This document shows, in pieces, positions 42,563-52,254 of a stretch of DNA of 64,000 nucleotides; position 1 is the first letter of the stretch; each line of letters opens with the position of its first letter. A program made the translations under genes and the position numbers. Source of the DNA: a virus. The DNA lies in the IMG/VR virus record IMGVR_UViG_3300025133_000028; one strand, 5' to 3'. Below the pieces are notes generated by a model. It did no database searches, was not told where the DNA came from, and was given only the letters and a program-made list of their open reading frames with translations.

Positions 42563-43579
42563 TTAGAACGAACCTAGGATAACACGTCTGTTGTCAAGTA
42601 CAGCAAAACCTAGTTCAGCCCAACCGTAGAAACCAGCACGCTGGAATCTATGCAAAGCAGGGTCACTAAAGATGCTTACTTCTTGCTTAACAGGCATCAA
42701 GAAGGAATCATTAGCAGAAAGGTCAAGACCAACAACCAATTCAAGGTCAGAACCTTGGATACTAGCACCAAGCTGGTTGGTGAAGTAAAGTTGATATTCT
42801 TGGTTTTCACCAAATTCATCCAAGTCATGCAAGTTAATGCCGAATACGCGAGTGATTGATGCACTGTTATCACTTGCCATGAAAATTTCACGACGGGTAA
42901 AGTCATCAACTTGGTCAAGACCCCAGTTGCGAATGTCTTCCAACATTTCAGGCGAACCGTAAAGGTCAGTCAAACGACCACGACGAAGGCTACCAGTGTT
43001 ACCACCAGCATTACGTCTCATGATTGTTTTCATCAAACTTACCAATCTCTTAGTAAATTGACCAGCAGTAGCATCACCATCGAAAACCAAAATGTTACGG
43101 TCAGCACCAGCACTCAAGAGTGTATGCCATCCACTATCATTGACTTTCTTAACGAAACCACCTTCCATGACTTGCAAAGCGCGAGCAACAATATCCCAGC
43201 GGCCTTCACGAGCATAGCGAAGCAACCAGTCGATACTTGAGGTAATTCCAAAAGTAGGAACTTGAACGTAGTCACCTTCGACTTGACGTTCAGGAATACG
43301 ACCGTTACCAGGATTGGTATAAGCAACATGGTCATCTTCTGTACCAGGAGCTAAAAGGTCAAGAGGAAACTCTACAGAAGTTCCAGGTTCCATAACCATG
43401 GTTTCGTAGATATTACCCAAGACATCTCCGACCAAAACGCCTTCACGAAGAGGCTTTTCTAAAGCAGATGCCAATTCAGCTTGTGCTTTCAAGGCAATAG
43501 CTTGGTCAGTTGCGTGACCAGACTGACGGATTAAGTCAAGTGTCACGTCATCAGGTCTTTTAAAAGTATTAGTTGTCAT
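42563..43579 (-). CDS. Major capsid protein
   Basis: 338 aa after protease and decoration genes; strong RBS, downstream terminator, HK97-like layout. Confidence 0.8.
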   Translation of the reverse strand: MTTNTFKRPDDVTLDLIRQSGHATDQAIALKAQAELASALEKPLREGVLVGDVLGNIYETMVMEPGTSVEFPLDLLAPGTEDDHVAYTNPGNGRIPERQVEGDYVQVPTFGITSSIDWLLRYAREGRWDIVARALQVMEGGFVKKVNDSGWHTLLSAGADRNILVFDGDATAGQFTKRLVSLMKTIMRRNAGGNTGSLRRGRLTDLYGSPEMLEDIRNWGLDQVDDFTRREIFMASDNSASITRVFGINLHDLDEFGENQEYQLYFTNQLGASIQGSDLELVVGLDLSANDSFLMPVKQEVSIFSDPALHRFQRAGFYGWAELGFAVLDNRRVILGSF

Positions 43580-43623
43580 TATAAGATATCTCCCTTATAT
43601 ATTAACTATTATCGTAACAAAAG

Positions 43624-44088
43624 TTACGGAAGGTTGACAGACACTTTAGCAAACCCAAGTTCGTTTATAGTACTATGAAAAGTACCAATCTTAGGACTAG
43701 CAGCAGCACCAGTGTTTACGTTAGTAATACGGCCTTCAGCGCCAAGATATGCACCTTGACCGGCAGTAACGGTAATACCAGAAGCTAAGTGGTCAGTAGT
43801 AACTTGACCTTTAACAAGAATGGTAACTTTACCACCCTGTTGTCTTTCTTCTTTGTGCCAGTTTTCATGTTGGCGAGTCAAGTCAAGGTTAACAACCTCA
43901 CTTAACAAGATACCAACAGGAGTAGCACCAGACGGTGAAGTGTCGTAATGGACAGCTTGAACACTTTGGTCCATAGCAGCACCAGAACCAGCAGTCAGAA
44001 CAGAAACCACACCACCACGGTTAGCTGTTTGATTCATGAAATAATCGATACTTGTATCGATTGTTACTCTATCAGGTTTTAAAGCCAT
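43624..44088 (-). CDS. Head decoration/cement protein
   Basis: 154 aa between scaffold and capsid; 'GILL..V...G.KVTIL.KGQV.T' beta-tulip-like pattern. Confidence 0.65.
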   Translation of the reverse strand: MALKPDRVTIDTSIDYFMNQTANRGGVVSVLTAGSGAAMDQSVQAVHYDTSPSGATPVGILLSEVVNLDLTRQHENWHKEERQQGGKVTILVKGQVTTDHLASGITVTAGQGAYLGAEGRITNVNTGAAASPKIGTFHSTINELGFAKVSVNLP

Positions 44089-44115
44089 TATTAATTTCTC
44101 CCTTAAATAAAAGGT

Positions 44116-45645
44116 TTATTCTTCTTCGTTCTGTTTGATAGAAGCAGTTGATTTAAGAACCGTACCTTGTAACCACGATGCAGCAGCCTTTCTAGCACTA
44201 GTAGTTGCATCTTCGCCACCAGCAGACATGTCAATATCACCTTCTTCTTCTTTAGCGTCTTCCAAACCTGCTTCTGCATTTTCTGCATCATCAGATTCTT
44301 TATCTTCTTCAGAAGCTTCAGACTTATCTTCTTTTTTATCTTCGTCTTTTTTGTCTTTTTTGTCGTCTTCTTTTTTAGCTTCGACTTTCGGCAAAGCATC
44401 AACAAATTCAGCAAAGACTTCTTCAGAAACTTCAGCGAATTTCACCAAAACCTCTTCTTTTCTTTCATCAGAAAGACTAGTAGTTGCCAAAGCAGCCATA
44501 CGTACAGCTTGTTTAGCTTCTGCTTTCATGTCTTCCAATTCTTTCGCAATACCTTCGTTACTTTTGTTTGCTTCCGCAATTTCAGTATCCAAAGCTTGAA
44601 TGCGTGTTTCGTTTTCAGTGTTTGCTTCTTTTTGAGCAGCAACACTACTTTCTAACTCCTGCTTGTCATTAGTAAGACTAGCAACAGAATCTTTCAATTC
44701 TTTGACTTCTTGTTCAACAGCTTTTTGGGCAGCTACTTGAGCAGCACTTTCGGCTTTTTGAAGTTTGTCTTGCAAAGCATTGAATTCGGCTTCTGTATAA
44801 GTTCTATCAGCCATTAAAATTTCTCCTTTGTTAGTATGTTGAATATCATCTAATGTCGTTTTTGTAGATGCACTAATAAAATTAGATACGTCTTTTCCAG
44901 CATTTAAAATGACGCTTCCTGGGTTAGCAGGATTGTCAACTAAACCTTTACCACTAAAAGTAAAACCCTTAAGCAAACGACCAATAGTATAACCATTGAA
45001 TTTGCCTTCTCCTCCGTATGCACGAAGGTGTTTTGTTAGATATGCTGTTTCAGCATTTCTCGCAATCGTATATTGACTATTGTCAGGAGCTATTACAGCG
45101 TAATCAAAATCAAAGAACAAACATTCCATGGAAACAAACCATTTGCCTTCTTGAATTTCGGCAATAATCTTATCCATTCTTTCTTGTAAGTCTTTGTCTG
45201 ACCAGTGCGTGTAAAGTACAGCACCAACAATGATATCAAAATCGTTAGGAACTTTATCTACTTCAGATGCAGTAACTTCAATCCCGTCTTTTCCAAAAAT
45301 CGCACTTGATGTTATATGTCCAATAATATCAGACTCATCATGCATAAAATTAAACTGCTTATCCACAGGTGTGTTTCTAGCAGCAAAAGCATATTCTTTA
45401 GAAAAAACGTCATCATTAAGATTCCAACCTAAAGACACAAGTACCGTATTAAGATAATATAAGTCTATTTGATTGGGATTTGCTTTAGCCAATACCTTTT
45501 TGAATCTCAACCAATATTTCCTGTCAATATCAACTTGGTTGGGTTTGGTTTTAGCAACATTAGCTTTGGAGGTAAATGCTATACTGGCATTGGACTTAAT
45601 AATATCAGTCAAGCCAGCGTCTACTTCGGGTTGGTAAACCTTCAT
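44116..45645 (-). CDS. Prohead protease-scaffold fusion
   Basis: N-terminal 'WNLNDDVF...FNFMHD...IIGHI...VSMEC...FSGKGLVDNPA' protease-type domain plus acidic coiled-coil C-terminus. Confidence 0.75.
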   Translation of the reverse strand: MKVYQPEVDAGLTDIIKSNASIAFTSKANVAKTKPNQVDIDRKYWLRFKKVLAKANPNQIDLYYLNTVLVSLGWNLNDDVFSKEYAFAARNTPVDKQFNFMHDESDIIGHITSSAIFGKDGIEVTASEVDKVPNDFDIIVGAVLYTHWSDKDLQERMDKIIAEIQEGKWFVSMECLFFDFDYAVIAPDNSQYTIARNAETAYLTKHLRAYGGEGKFNGYTIGRLLKGFTFSGKGLVDNPANPGSVILNAGKDVSNFISASTKTTLDDIQHTNKGEILMADRTYTEAEFNALQDKLQKAESAAQVAAQKAVEQEVKELKDSVASLTNDKQELESSVAAQKEANTENETRIQALDTEIAEANKSNEGIAKELEDMKAEAKQAVRMAALATTSLSDERKEEVLVKFAEVSEEVFAEFVDALPKVEAKKEDDKKDKKDEDKKEDKSEASEEDKESDDAENAEAGLEDAKEEEGDIDMSAGGEDATTSARKAAASWLQGTVLKSTASIKQNEEE

Positions 45646-45676
45646 ATCGTTAATTCTCCAATAACTCTCTCATATT

Positions 45677-45688
45677 GATAATACGCCA
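45677..45688 (-). promoter_or_regulatory. Putative late promoter TGGCGTATTATC
   Basis: Variant of the late motif upstream of the protease gene. Confidence 0.5.
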
Positions 45689-45715
45689 AACTATTCATAA
45701 GTCTTAAAAAACTAC

Positions 45716-47890
45716 CTATTTACACTCTTCTTCGCCTTCGTTTATAAGAGCAAAAATACTACTTTGAATTTGTCTAGATTCGTCCACACTAGGTTTACGC
45801 CCCTGATTTGATATGAATTGTCCCATTAAAACATCTTGTAAACTAGCTATAATGGGGTTATCAACTGGACATTCTTTGCTCAAAAGGCTATACACCAATT
45901 CGGCGGAAACTTCTTGATATGGCTGTAGATAGCACAATATACCAAACTTAATCTTTTCAGATTCAGCAAACTCTGCTTTAGTCAAACTCCTAACATTCTT
46001 TTTGCCATAAGCGTTTAATAAAGCGGGAGTTACAAGTTCTGAAACAGCCTTTTGTGCCTCATTTCCCCATATAAACAAGTCCACAAACGCTTTTGTTCTA
46101 GGTTTAGCTGTTGGTTTAGGCTTGCGTTTTTTGGTTTCTGTCTTATTTTTAGGTCTGCCACCAGAATTGGGGTCTCCCTTTGGTTTTGTTTCTGGTTTGC
46201 CCTTGTTTACCTTAATCTGCATATCTAACTGTTGTTCTAGTCTGGTTTGTTCACCAGTCTTTTTCTCTTCAAGTTGGATACCCAATTCAGACGGAGCTAC
46301 GCCACCACCATTAAGTAAGATTTTCTTGAGTTCTTCAGTATTTTGAGGATTGTGATAAGGACCAGCTTTAAGACTTCTAGTTCCATCAACACGTTCTGTA
46401 TCTTCTTTTTGTTTACGCAAGTTTTCAATCTCTGGATTAAGATTAAACCTAGCAACTACAGACTCTTCACATATAACATCCATACCTAATAGCTGTATAA
46501 GTAAAGCCTTTTCAGCAGCTTCATCTGCTAAGATAATACGGTCATATCGTATAGTAGGAGCATGGTGAAAGCCCATAGCTTTTTGAACTCGCACAACCTC
46601 TTGTTGCCAGAATTCGTTGAGAATAATACGACCATATTCCAATCTCTCGATAAGGGTCTTCAAGGAAATGAAGTTATTAGTATTAACACTCGCATTTGAA
46701 CCAGAACGTAAAGCAGGCGAAATACCCAGTCCATCATAGACAGCATCTAAAGTAGGTTCGTACTTTTGTTTACCTAGGAATTTGTGTACTTCACTACTAG
46801 ATTCCGTAAACTTAAGTTCCGGTCCCCAAACTAAGTCAATAGGTCCACCACCAGCACTATTCGCTAGGATATTACGCAATTTGTTGATATTAGCCTTAGT
46901 AGGTAGAATACTGTTAACACCGTCAAGATGACCCAAACTCCACAGGCGAACCTGAGATATAGCACCGTCCAATGCGGATAAGTCGGCCAATTTCATTTTA
47001 TCCAGCATGATTAGGTCAGACAAAATAGAATAGGTCATTGGATGAGCCCAAGACTGCCAGTCGTCTTTTTTGTAGTGATAAACAGAGATTTGGTCATTAT
47101 CAAGCGGAATCATACGCTTGCCTTTTGAGAGTGCTTCTCTGATGTCTTTCGGTAGGCTTTTTAATAGCTCTTTAGTACCAAAACCTTTATTGCCTAACCT
47201 GTTAACATTATTGAAAGCCATTTTTAGAGCATTGCTAATAAGTAATGCATACTGTGGTTTCCCTGCAAACATAGCAAGTTCACCACCAATAATCTCAATT
47301 GTAGTCGGACTAATAAAAGAGTACTTTAAAGGAATGTAATTTTTCCTTACAGATACTTCTTCAAATTTGATATCATCAGCCGCTCTAGCTCTTTTCATAC
47401 GACTGGCTTGATTTTTAGTAATATGTCCTTCTCTGCGTTTAACGACTACATTTCCCGCACGATATAGCATATTTAGAAAGCGTTCAGAACGTTCCTTTCC
47501 TTTGACTTTTTCAAACCATCGGTTATAAAAATTCTCAACTGACTTATTAGGGTGTTCCAGACGGATTCCCTGACACGCAAAGTCTGCCATAAGGTCAATA
47601 ACATTGCGAATAATACCCACACGGTCATATGATGCCATGCAGGTTTGTATGATTTCTCTATGTTCTGTTGGAATTCTACCGCTTGGACGATAGTATTCGT
47701 AATCTCCGCGATTGTAGTCACTTCTGACCGAAATATTGGTATCTACACCAACAAAAGTACGACCTTCTTGTGTGTGACCAACAGCGTGGTTGTCTTCTAC
47801 ATAATCGTTGTTATTAGCAAAAGCTTGTGCCATGTGTGAGTCAGGGTCTGCGAAGACATACATTTCATCTTGTTTTTTGTTTCTTGCCAC
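45716..47890 (-). CDS. Portal protein
   Basis: 724 aa between terminase and protease; portal-like helical organisation. Confidence 0.78.
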   Translation of the reverse strand: MARNKKQDEMYVFADPDSHMAQAFANNNDYVEDNHAVGHTQEGRTFVGVDTNISVRSDYNRGDYEYYRPSGRIPTEHREIIQTCMASYDRVGIIRNVIDLMADFACQGIRLEHPNKSVENFYNRWFEKVKGKERSERFLNMLYRAGNVVVKRREGHITKNQASRMKRARAADDIKFEEVSVRKNYIPLKYSFISPTTIEIIGGELAMFAGKPQYALLISNALKMAFNNVNRLGNKGFGTKELLKSLPKDIREALSKGKRMIPLDNDQISVYHYKKDDWQSWAHPMTYSILSDLIMLDKMKLADLSALDGAISQVRLWSLGHLDGVNSILPTKANINKLRNILANSAGGGPIDLVWGPELKFTESSSEVHKFLGKQKYEPTLDAVYDGLGISPALRSGSNASVNTNNFISLKTLIERLEYGRIILNEFWQQEVVRVQKAMGFHHAPTIRYDRIILADEAAEKALLIQLLGMDVICEESVVARFNLNPEIENLRKQKEDTERVDGTRSLKAGPYHNPQNTEELKKILLNGGGVAPSELGIQLEEKKTGEQTRLEQQLDMQIKVNKGKPETKPKGDPNSGGRPKNKTETKKRKPKPTAKPRTKAFVDLFIWGNEAQKAVSELVTPALLNAYGKKNVRSLTKAEFAESEKIKFGILCYLQPYQEVSAELVYSLLSKECPVDNPIIASLQDVLMGQFISNQGRKPSVDESRQIQSSIFALINEGEEECK

Positions 47891-47947
47891 GATTTACTCC
47901 GTATAATATGTAATCCGATTGTAATCTGATTGTTTGCCTCATCAATA

Positions 47948-47960
47948 GTATTATACTCCA
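47948..47960 (-). promoter_or_regulatory. Putative late promoter TGGAGTATAATAC
   Basis: Motif copy upstream of the portal gene. Confidence 0.6.
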
Positions 47961-48237
47961 CTGCGTGCCGCAGACTGCTAAAAGTACTTAAAGGAAAAAT
48001 ATTAGTGTCGGAATTTACCAGAACAGTATCTGTCTCATAAACATTTGTCTTTTCCTCATTATTCTTACTATAAGAAAAGAACTTCTTCTGAATACTTGGG
48101 AGTGTTTTGTTGATAAAAATCCGATTTCTATAATTTGTTCTCTTGAAGTAGATTTTTTGCTTAACACGCACTATTTATGGGGTTAAGAAAGGTTTTATTA
48201 TTAACAAGAACAAAATAATCTAGGACGATTTATCGTC

Positions 48238-51200
48238 CTAGTATACATCTTTCATCTTTTCGGTAAACCACGCGGGTCCAATGTATCCAGCGTCGTTTTT
48301 GTCTATTTTCAAATTACCATCGTCAGCCCAACCTCCACCCATATCATATCTTCTAGCCTCTGGAGCACGCTGAATACCTCTGGCTATAGAATTAGCTACA
48401 ACCAGTGCAGAATAGCGGTCTTTTCTCATTCTGCCTTTTTTATTGCCTGGAAGCTTAATTTCTGGAGTATCCCACTTATCTCGCCCACTTGGCGTTTCTG
48501 TCATTGTAATAATAGATAACTCATTTTTAAGTTCTTCTATTTCCATCATACAATCTTCTAAAGTATCAAATGTACGATTATGTTGCTTATCTTGTGCTGC
48601 TGATAGTTCTATACTAACAGGGTCAAAGAAAGGAAACAATATCGCCCTATCTTCAAAGTCTTTACGAAGACCATGATTAGCGTCTGATGTCCAGTTGGCG
48701 TTTGCAAACTCTACGGGATAAACACAATGGTTACCAGAATATCCATCGGTAGGTTCTTCTTTTTCTGGATTAATCCAAGGCCAAAGTTGTGTCTCTCCTT
48801 CTTGTATCTTATCCTTATCACTTAAACCTTCAATTACAGCACGTCCACCACCTTGAGCATCGATTCCAATATGGTCAGTAGGAAATCTTTTCATAAGGGT
48901 GCGGATTTTACGACAACAGTACGAATAAAAATCTGCCTCTTGAGTTAAACCTAATTTCATCTTTTCTGTATGGTCTTTCTTATTAGTTGTCCATACATAA
49001 ATAAGTCTTCTATGTTCTGGTCTCATTTCCATAATAATAATAGAAAAATTGTCAACCTGTGAAGCTGGGTCAATTCCGTATACATATCTCATATTATGAT
49101 TACCATGTAATGTAGCATTGAACATAATATCATTTTCGCTATGAAAAGATATACGATTGTCAGGACTTACTACACAAGACTCAACAAGAGAACGTTTAAA
49201 GAATCCATCGCTATCATTTGAGAACGAATTATGAACAGTAGCATTCAATAAAGAATATGAATTATCTACATCTACTTCTAAATTATATAGTAATCCATCA
49301 TATTTAATTAATTCTTTTTCTGTTATTGGTAATAATGTTTTTTCTCCATCATTAAAAATCTTTTGTGGTTGTTTTTTTTCTGGTTCTCTAGATAGAACAC
49401 CATAAAATTCAAACATAAAATCTCTGAAATTTTTACCACTAAGTTTCAAATAATATGCATTTTCTTGTGTGCTCTTCATAAGAGACGATGAAATATTAAA
49501 ATATGACAATACTAATCGTACCTGATTTAATAAAGATTGACTCACAGAACTAGCAGATACCCATTCAGAATTTTTGATACTCCGTATATGTCCATCACCG
49601 TTCCAGTATCCTTCTACAAAACCCCTCATAAAATCTTCATTAGAAAATAAAATGTTGTGTTTTACTAATTTAGTAAATGAATTACCAGGACATATGTATT
49701 TCATAATATCAGCAACTAATCTACTATTAATATTAATAGATATTGTATTTTTTTGCTTAATATATGATTTACCGTGAAAACCAAATACTTTAAATATAGA
49801 GTCTAAAAGTTGCTTCTGATATTGAGTATCTTTATGTTCATCTAAAGCAAATTCTGCTTGTTTTCCATTACTACCAATACTGCCTTCTGCTGCATAATAT
49901 CCAATAATAAGACCAAAATCATAATCAAGAGGAACAATATTAGGTATACTATTTTTAGGAATATTTCTATTTTTTTGCACATAAGAAACTACAGCTTGTG
50001 ATAATCCAAACTTTTCTCCTAATTTGACCTGTGTTAATTTTTCTATATTGTTTCTAACTGCTCTTTGAGTTGTTATATTAAACGTACTCTTACTGCCTCT
50101 AGGATACAACCTCTGTCCGTTATATGTCTCTAAAATATCAGTTAATATTTTTCCTGGTATAAAGTATTTATCTCCATTTAATTCATTAAGATTAACAAGA
50201 TTAGTGTTATCACACATATGAGACATCTCTATAAACTTGTCGTTTTTAATCCAGTAAGGATGGTTTGGCGAAGTCATTACTTCTTTATTATATCCTAGTG
50301 TTTTATATTTTATGATGTTATCATTATACTGTCTAAACATCTTTTTGGATACCGGCATAAATCTACCTTTATGTGTCAAAACTAAGTCTCCAACTTCAAC
50401 ATCTACTATCTTCTTAATACCTTTAGATGTAGTTATTAGGGTATCAGAAGTTTGACATGCTCCATATTCCATGTTGTAGATAGCAGAGTGGTTAGTAGCT
50501 CTAGCACGAGCAATCTGAGCGTCATCCATAAAGCCTTTAGGAACCTTTTCATAAGGTATGCGTATAACAGAATAGTCATGATGATTAACACCAATTACCT
50601 GTTCTTCTTCGCTAAGATGCCCAGCAATTCTTCTCATATCACCACCACTGCTAATAATGTCTTTCCATTTTTTCCAATACTCACAAAAATGATTAAAACT
50701 ATAATATGCAGTACCAGAAATAACAATTTGGTTACCCATAACACTATCTAAACTATCGTCATACTCTACTGGTAGTTCAATCTTAATGTCGTGCTTTTTT
50801 TCTAGTTTTTTAGCTAACTCTTGAGCAGCACGTTTTTGAACGTTTGTTTTAGGGCTAGAACTAACAATAGCAAAACCAGCAATAACTCTTTCAAAAATAT
50901 CACGACTAATAGACGCAAATTCATCAGCAAGAATATCATTAGCACGTTGACCACGAATCTTTTGGCCGTCACCAATCGGCAACGCCGTAGCTACGTTCTC
51001 ACCTATAAAAACACGACACATGTCAGGACTAGTGCGGTCATATGCTCCTAAGTCTTTTAATATAGGAGCATTATTAATTGTGCTCTGCATGTACTCAAAG
51101 ATGACCTTAGACTGACGGAAAGCAGCACCACAAATAACGACCTTACGAGGAGCAGGCATTAATAAGATACGCAACAGCCCATATATACCTAATATCCACG

Positions 51201-51501
51201 ACTTTCCAAGACCACGACTTCCAATTAACATCGGAAATTTTCGATTCCACAACTCTCTAAGTATTAATGACTGCATAGGTAAAAGTTCTACGTTAAATAT
51301 TTCTGAACAAACAAAAGAAAAATATTCTGGTTGTTGCATTAACCATGTAACATATAAATGTGGATTTTCACTAAGCTCAGAAGGTATGTCCAATAGAGGA
51401 TTATATAACTTACTTTCATCTACAGTTATGTTTAACCAAGCGTCACCAAGTACTCTGTGTATATCTTCTTTGTCTTTAATATTAAAACGATTGTTTGCCA
51501 T
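48238..51501 (-). CDS. terL: Terminase large subunit, intein-containing
   Basis: Walker A 'GSRGLGKS', 'IRGQRA', Walker B 'ILADEF', nuclease 'GIDPAS' and 'KDRYSA'. Confidence 0.92.
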   Translation of the reverse strand: MANNRFNIKDKEDIHRVLGDAWLNITVDESKLYNPLLDIPSELSENPHLYVTWLMQQPEYFSFVCSEIFNVELLPMQSLILRELWNRKFPMLIGSRGLGKSWILGIYGLLRILLMPAPRKVVICGAAFRQSKVIFEYMQSTINNAPILKDLGAYDRTSPDMCRVFIGENVATALPIGDGQKIRGQRANDILADEFASISRDIFERVIAGFAIVSSSPKTNVQKRAAQELAKKLEKKHDIKIELPVEYDDSLDSVMGNQIVISGTAYYSFNHFCEYWKKWKDIISSGGDMRRIAGHLSEEEQVIGVNHHDYSVIRIPYEKVPKGFMDDAQIARARATNHSAIYNMEYGACQTSDTLITTSKGIKKIVDVEVGDLVLTHKGRFMPVSKKMFRQYNDNIIKYKTLGYNKEVMTSPNHPYWIKNDKFIEMSHMCDNTNLVNLNELNGDKYFIPGKILTDILETYNGQRLYPRGSKSTFNITTQRAVRNNIEKLTQVKLGEKFGLSQAVVSYVQKNRNIPKNSIPNIVPLDYDFGLIIGYYAAEGSIGSNGKQAEFALDEHKDTQYQKQLLDSIFKVFGFHGKSYIKQKNTISININSRLVADIMKYICPGNSFTKLVKHNILFSNEDFMRGFVEGYWNGDGHIRSIKNSEWVSASSVSQSLLNQVRLVLSYFNISSSLMKSTQENAYYLKLSGKNFRDFMFEFYGVLSREPEKKQPQKIFNDGEKTLLPITEKELIKYDGLLYNLEVDVDNSYSLLNATVHNSFSNDSDGFFKRSLVESCVVSPDNRISFHSENDIMFNATLHGNHNMRYVYGIDPASQVDNFSIIIMEMRPEHRRLIYVWTTNKKDHTEKMKLGLTQEADFYSYCCRKIRTLMKRFPTDHIGIDAQGGGRAVIEGLSDKDKIQEGETQLWPWINPEKEEPTDGYSGNHCVYPVEFANANWTSDANHGLRKDFEDRAILFPFFDPVSIELSAAQDKQHNRTFDTLEDCMMEIEELKNELSIITMTETPSGRDKWDTPEIKLPGNKKGRMRKDRYSALVVANSIARGIQRAPEARRYDMGGGWADDGNLKIDKNDAGYIGPAWFTEKMKDVY
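49228..50457 (-). mobile_element. Intein with LAGLIDADG homing endonuclease (410 aa) in TerL
   Basis: N-junction YGA|CQTSDTLI, 'LVLTHKGR', 'TSPNHPY', LAGLIDADG 'IGYYAAEG' and 'EGYWNGDG', C-junction 'YNLEV...ATVHN|S'. Confidence 0.93.
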
Positions 51502-51958
51502 CTAACTCCCTCACAGCGTCTGTCATTAGTTCTATAGCTTTACTTTCCGCTTCGTCTCTGTTCATACAATAGTATGGTATTACGTCATATTTCATACATA
51601 AAGTATTAATACTTTTATATAAGAACTTACCGTTAACTCGTAATTTGTCCCACCTATTTCTAGGTATTTCAGACCCCTCTGGAAAGGTATCAAAACAAAC
51701 CACAGGAAACTCACAAATAAGATACCTAAAACGAAAAGATGTCATTCTTTCAAATTCTCTTTCAAATCTGTATTTCAGTTTGCCAAGATTAGCAGCAACT
51801 TCACCAAGACTCTTTTTTCTCTCAATACATATATCTTTTTCGTAACCAACAACAGTGTAGTCGCCGGTCCTCAAGCCTTGAACAACCAAATGTTCACACT
51901 CGTCATGGAAAGAAAAATTCCATCCCGTCTGTTCTTTAGTATCTCGTATTATTTTCAT
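51482..51958 (-). CDS. ERCC4/XPF-domain nuclease
   Basis: 'IIRDTKEQ', 'L.TGDY', 'IERKKS', 'RF.RE.ERM'. Confidence 0.85.
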   Translation of the reverse strand: MKIIRDTKEQTGWNFSFHDECEHLVVQGLRTGDYTVVGYEKDICIERKKSLGEVAANLGKLKYRFEREFERMTSFRFRYLICEFPVVCFDTFPEGSEIPRNRWDKLRVNGKFLYKSINTLCMKYDVIPYYCMNRDEAESKAIELMTDAVRELDGKQSF

Positions 51959-52254
51959 TTTTTATCATTTACTATACGCATAAACATTGTAGCATAATGC
52001 TTTTCTCTGTTTTTAATTTTTTCATGACATTTCTTACCTAACGTAATTCCGTTACTTACTAAAAAACGTCCCGACACATTAGTAGAATAAGTTTTGATAT
52101 GATGTACATGCAAAACACCACAACTGCCTTCACAGCTTGGCATTTGACATTTGTACTTGTCTCTTGCAAAAACTTGTTTACGCCAATTACGATAACCTAG
52201 GTCATCAGCACGTTTGTTGATACGCTGAAAGAATTTCTTACGTCGTTTTGCCAC
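51955..52254 (-). CDS. HNH endonuclease
   Basis: 'WRKQVFARDKYKCQ...LHVHHI...NGITL.KKCH'. Confidence 0.85.
   Translation of the reverse strand: MAKRRKKFFQRINKRADDLGYRNWRKQVFARDKYKCQMPSCEGSCGVLHVHHIKTYSTNVSGRFLVSNGITLGKKCHEKIKNREKHYATMFMRIVNDKK

Noticed and set aside
47797-48171. 124-aa ORF between terL and portal
   Set aside because: Overlaps the portal start and the late promoter, has no RBS and is low-complexity; likely spurious or a decayed remnant
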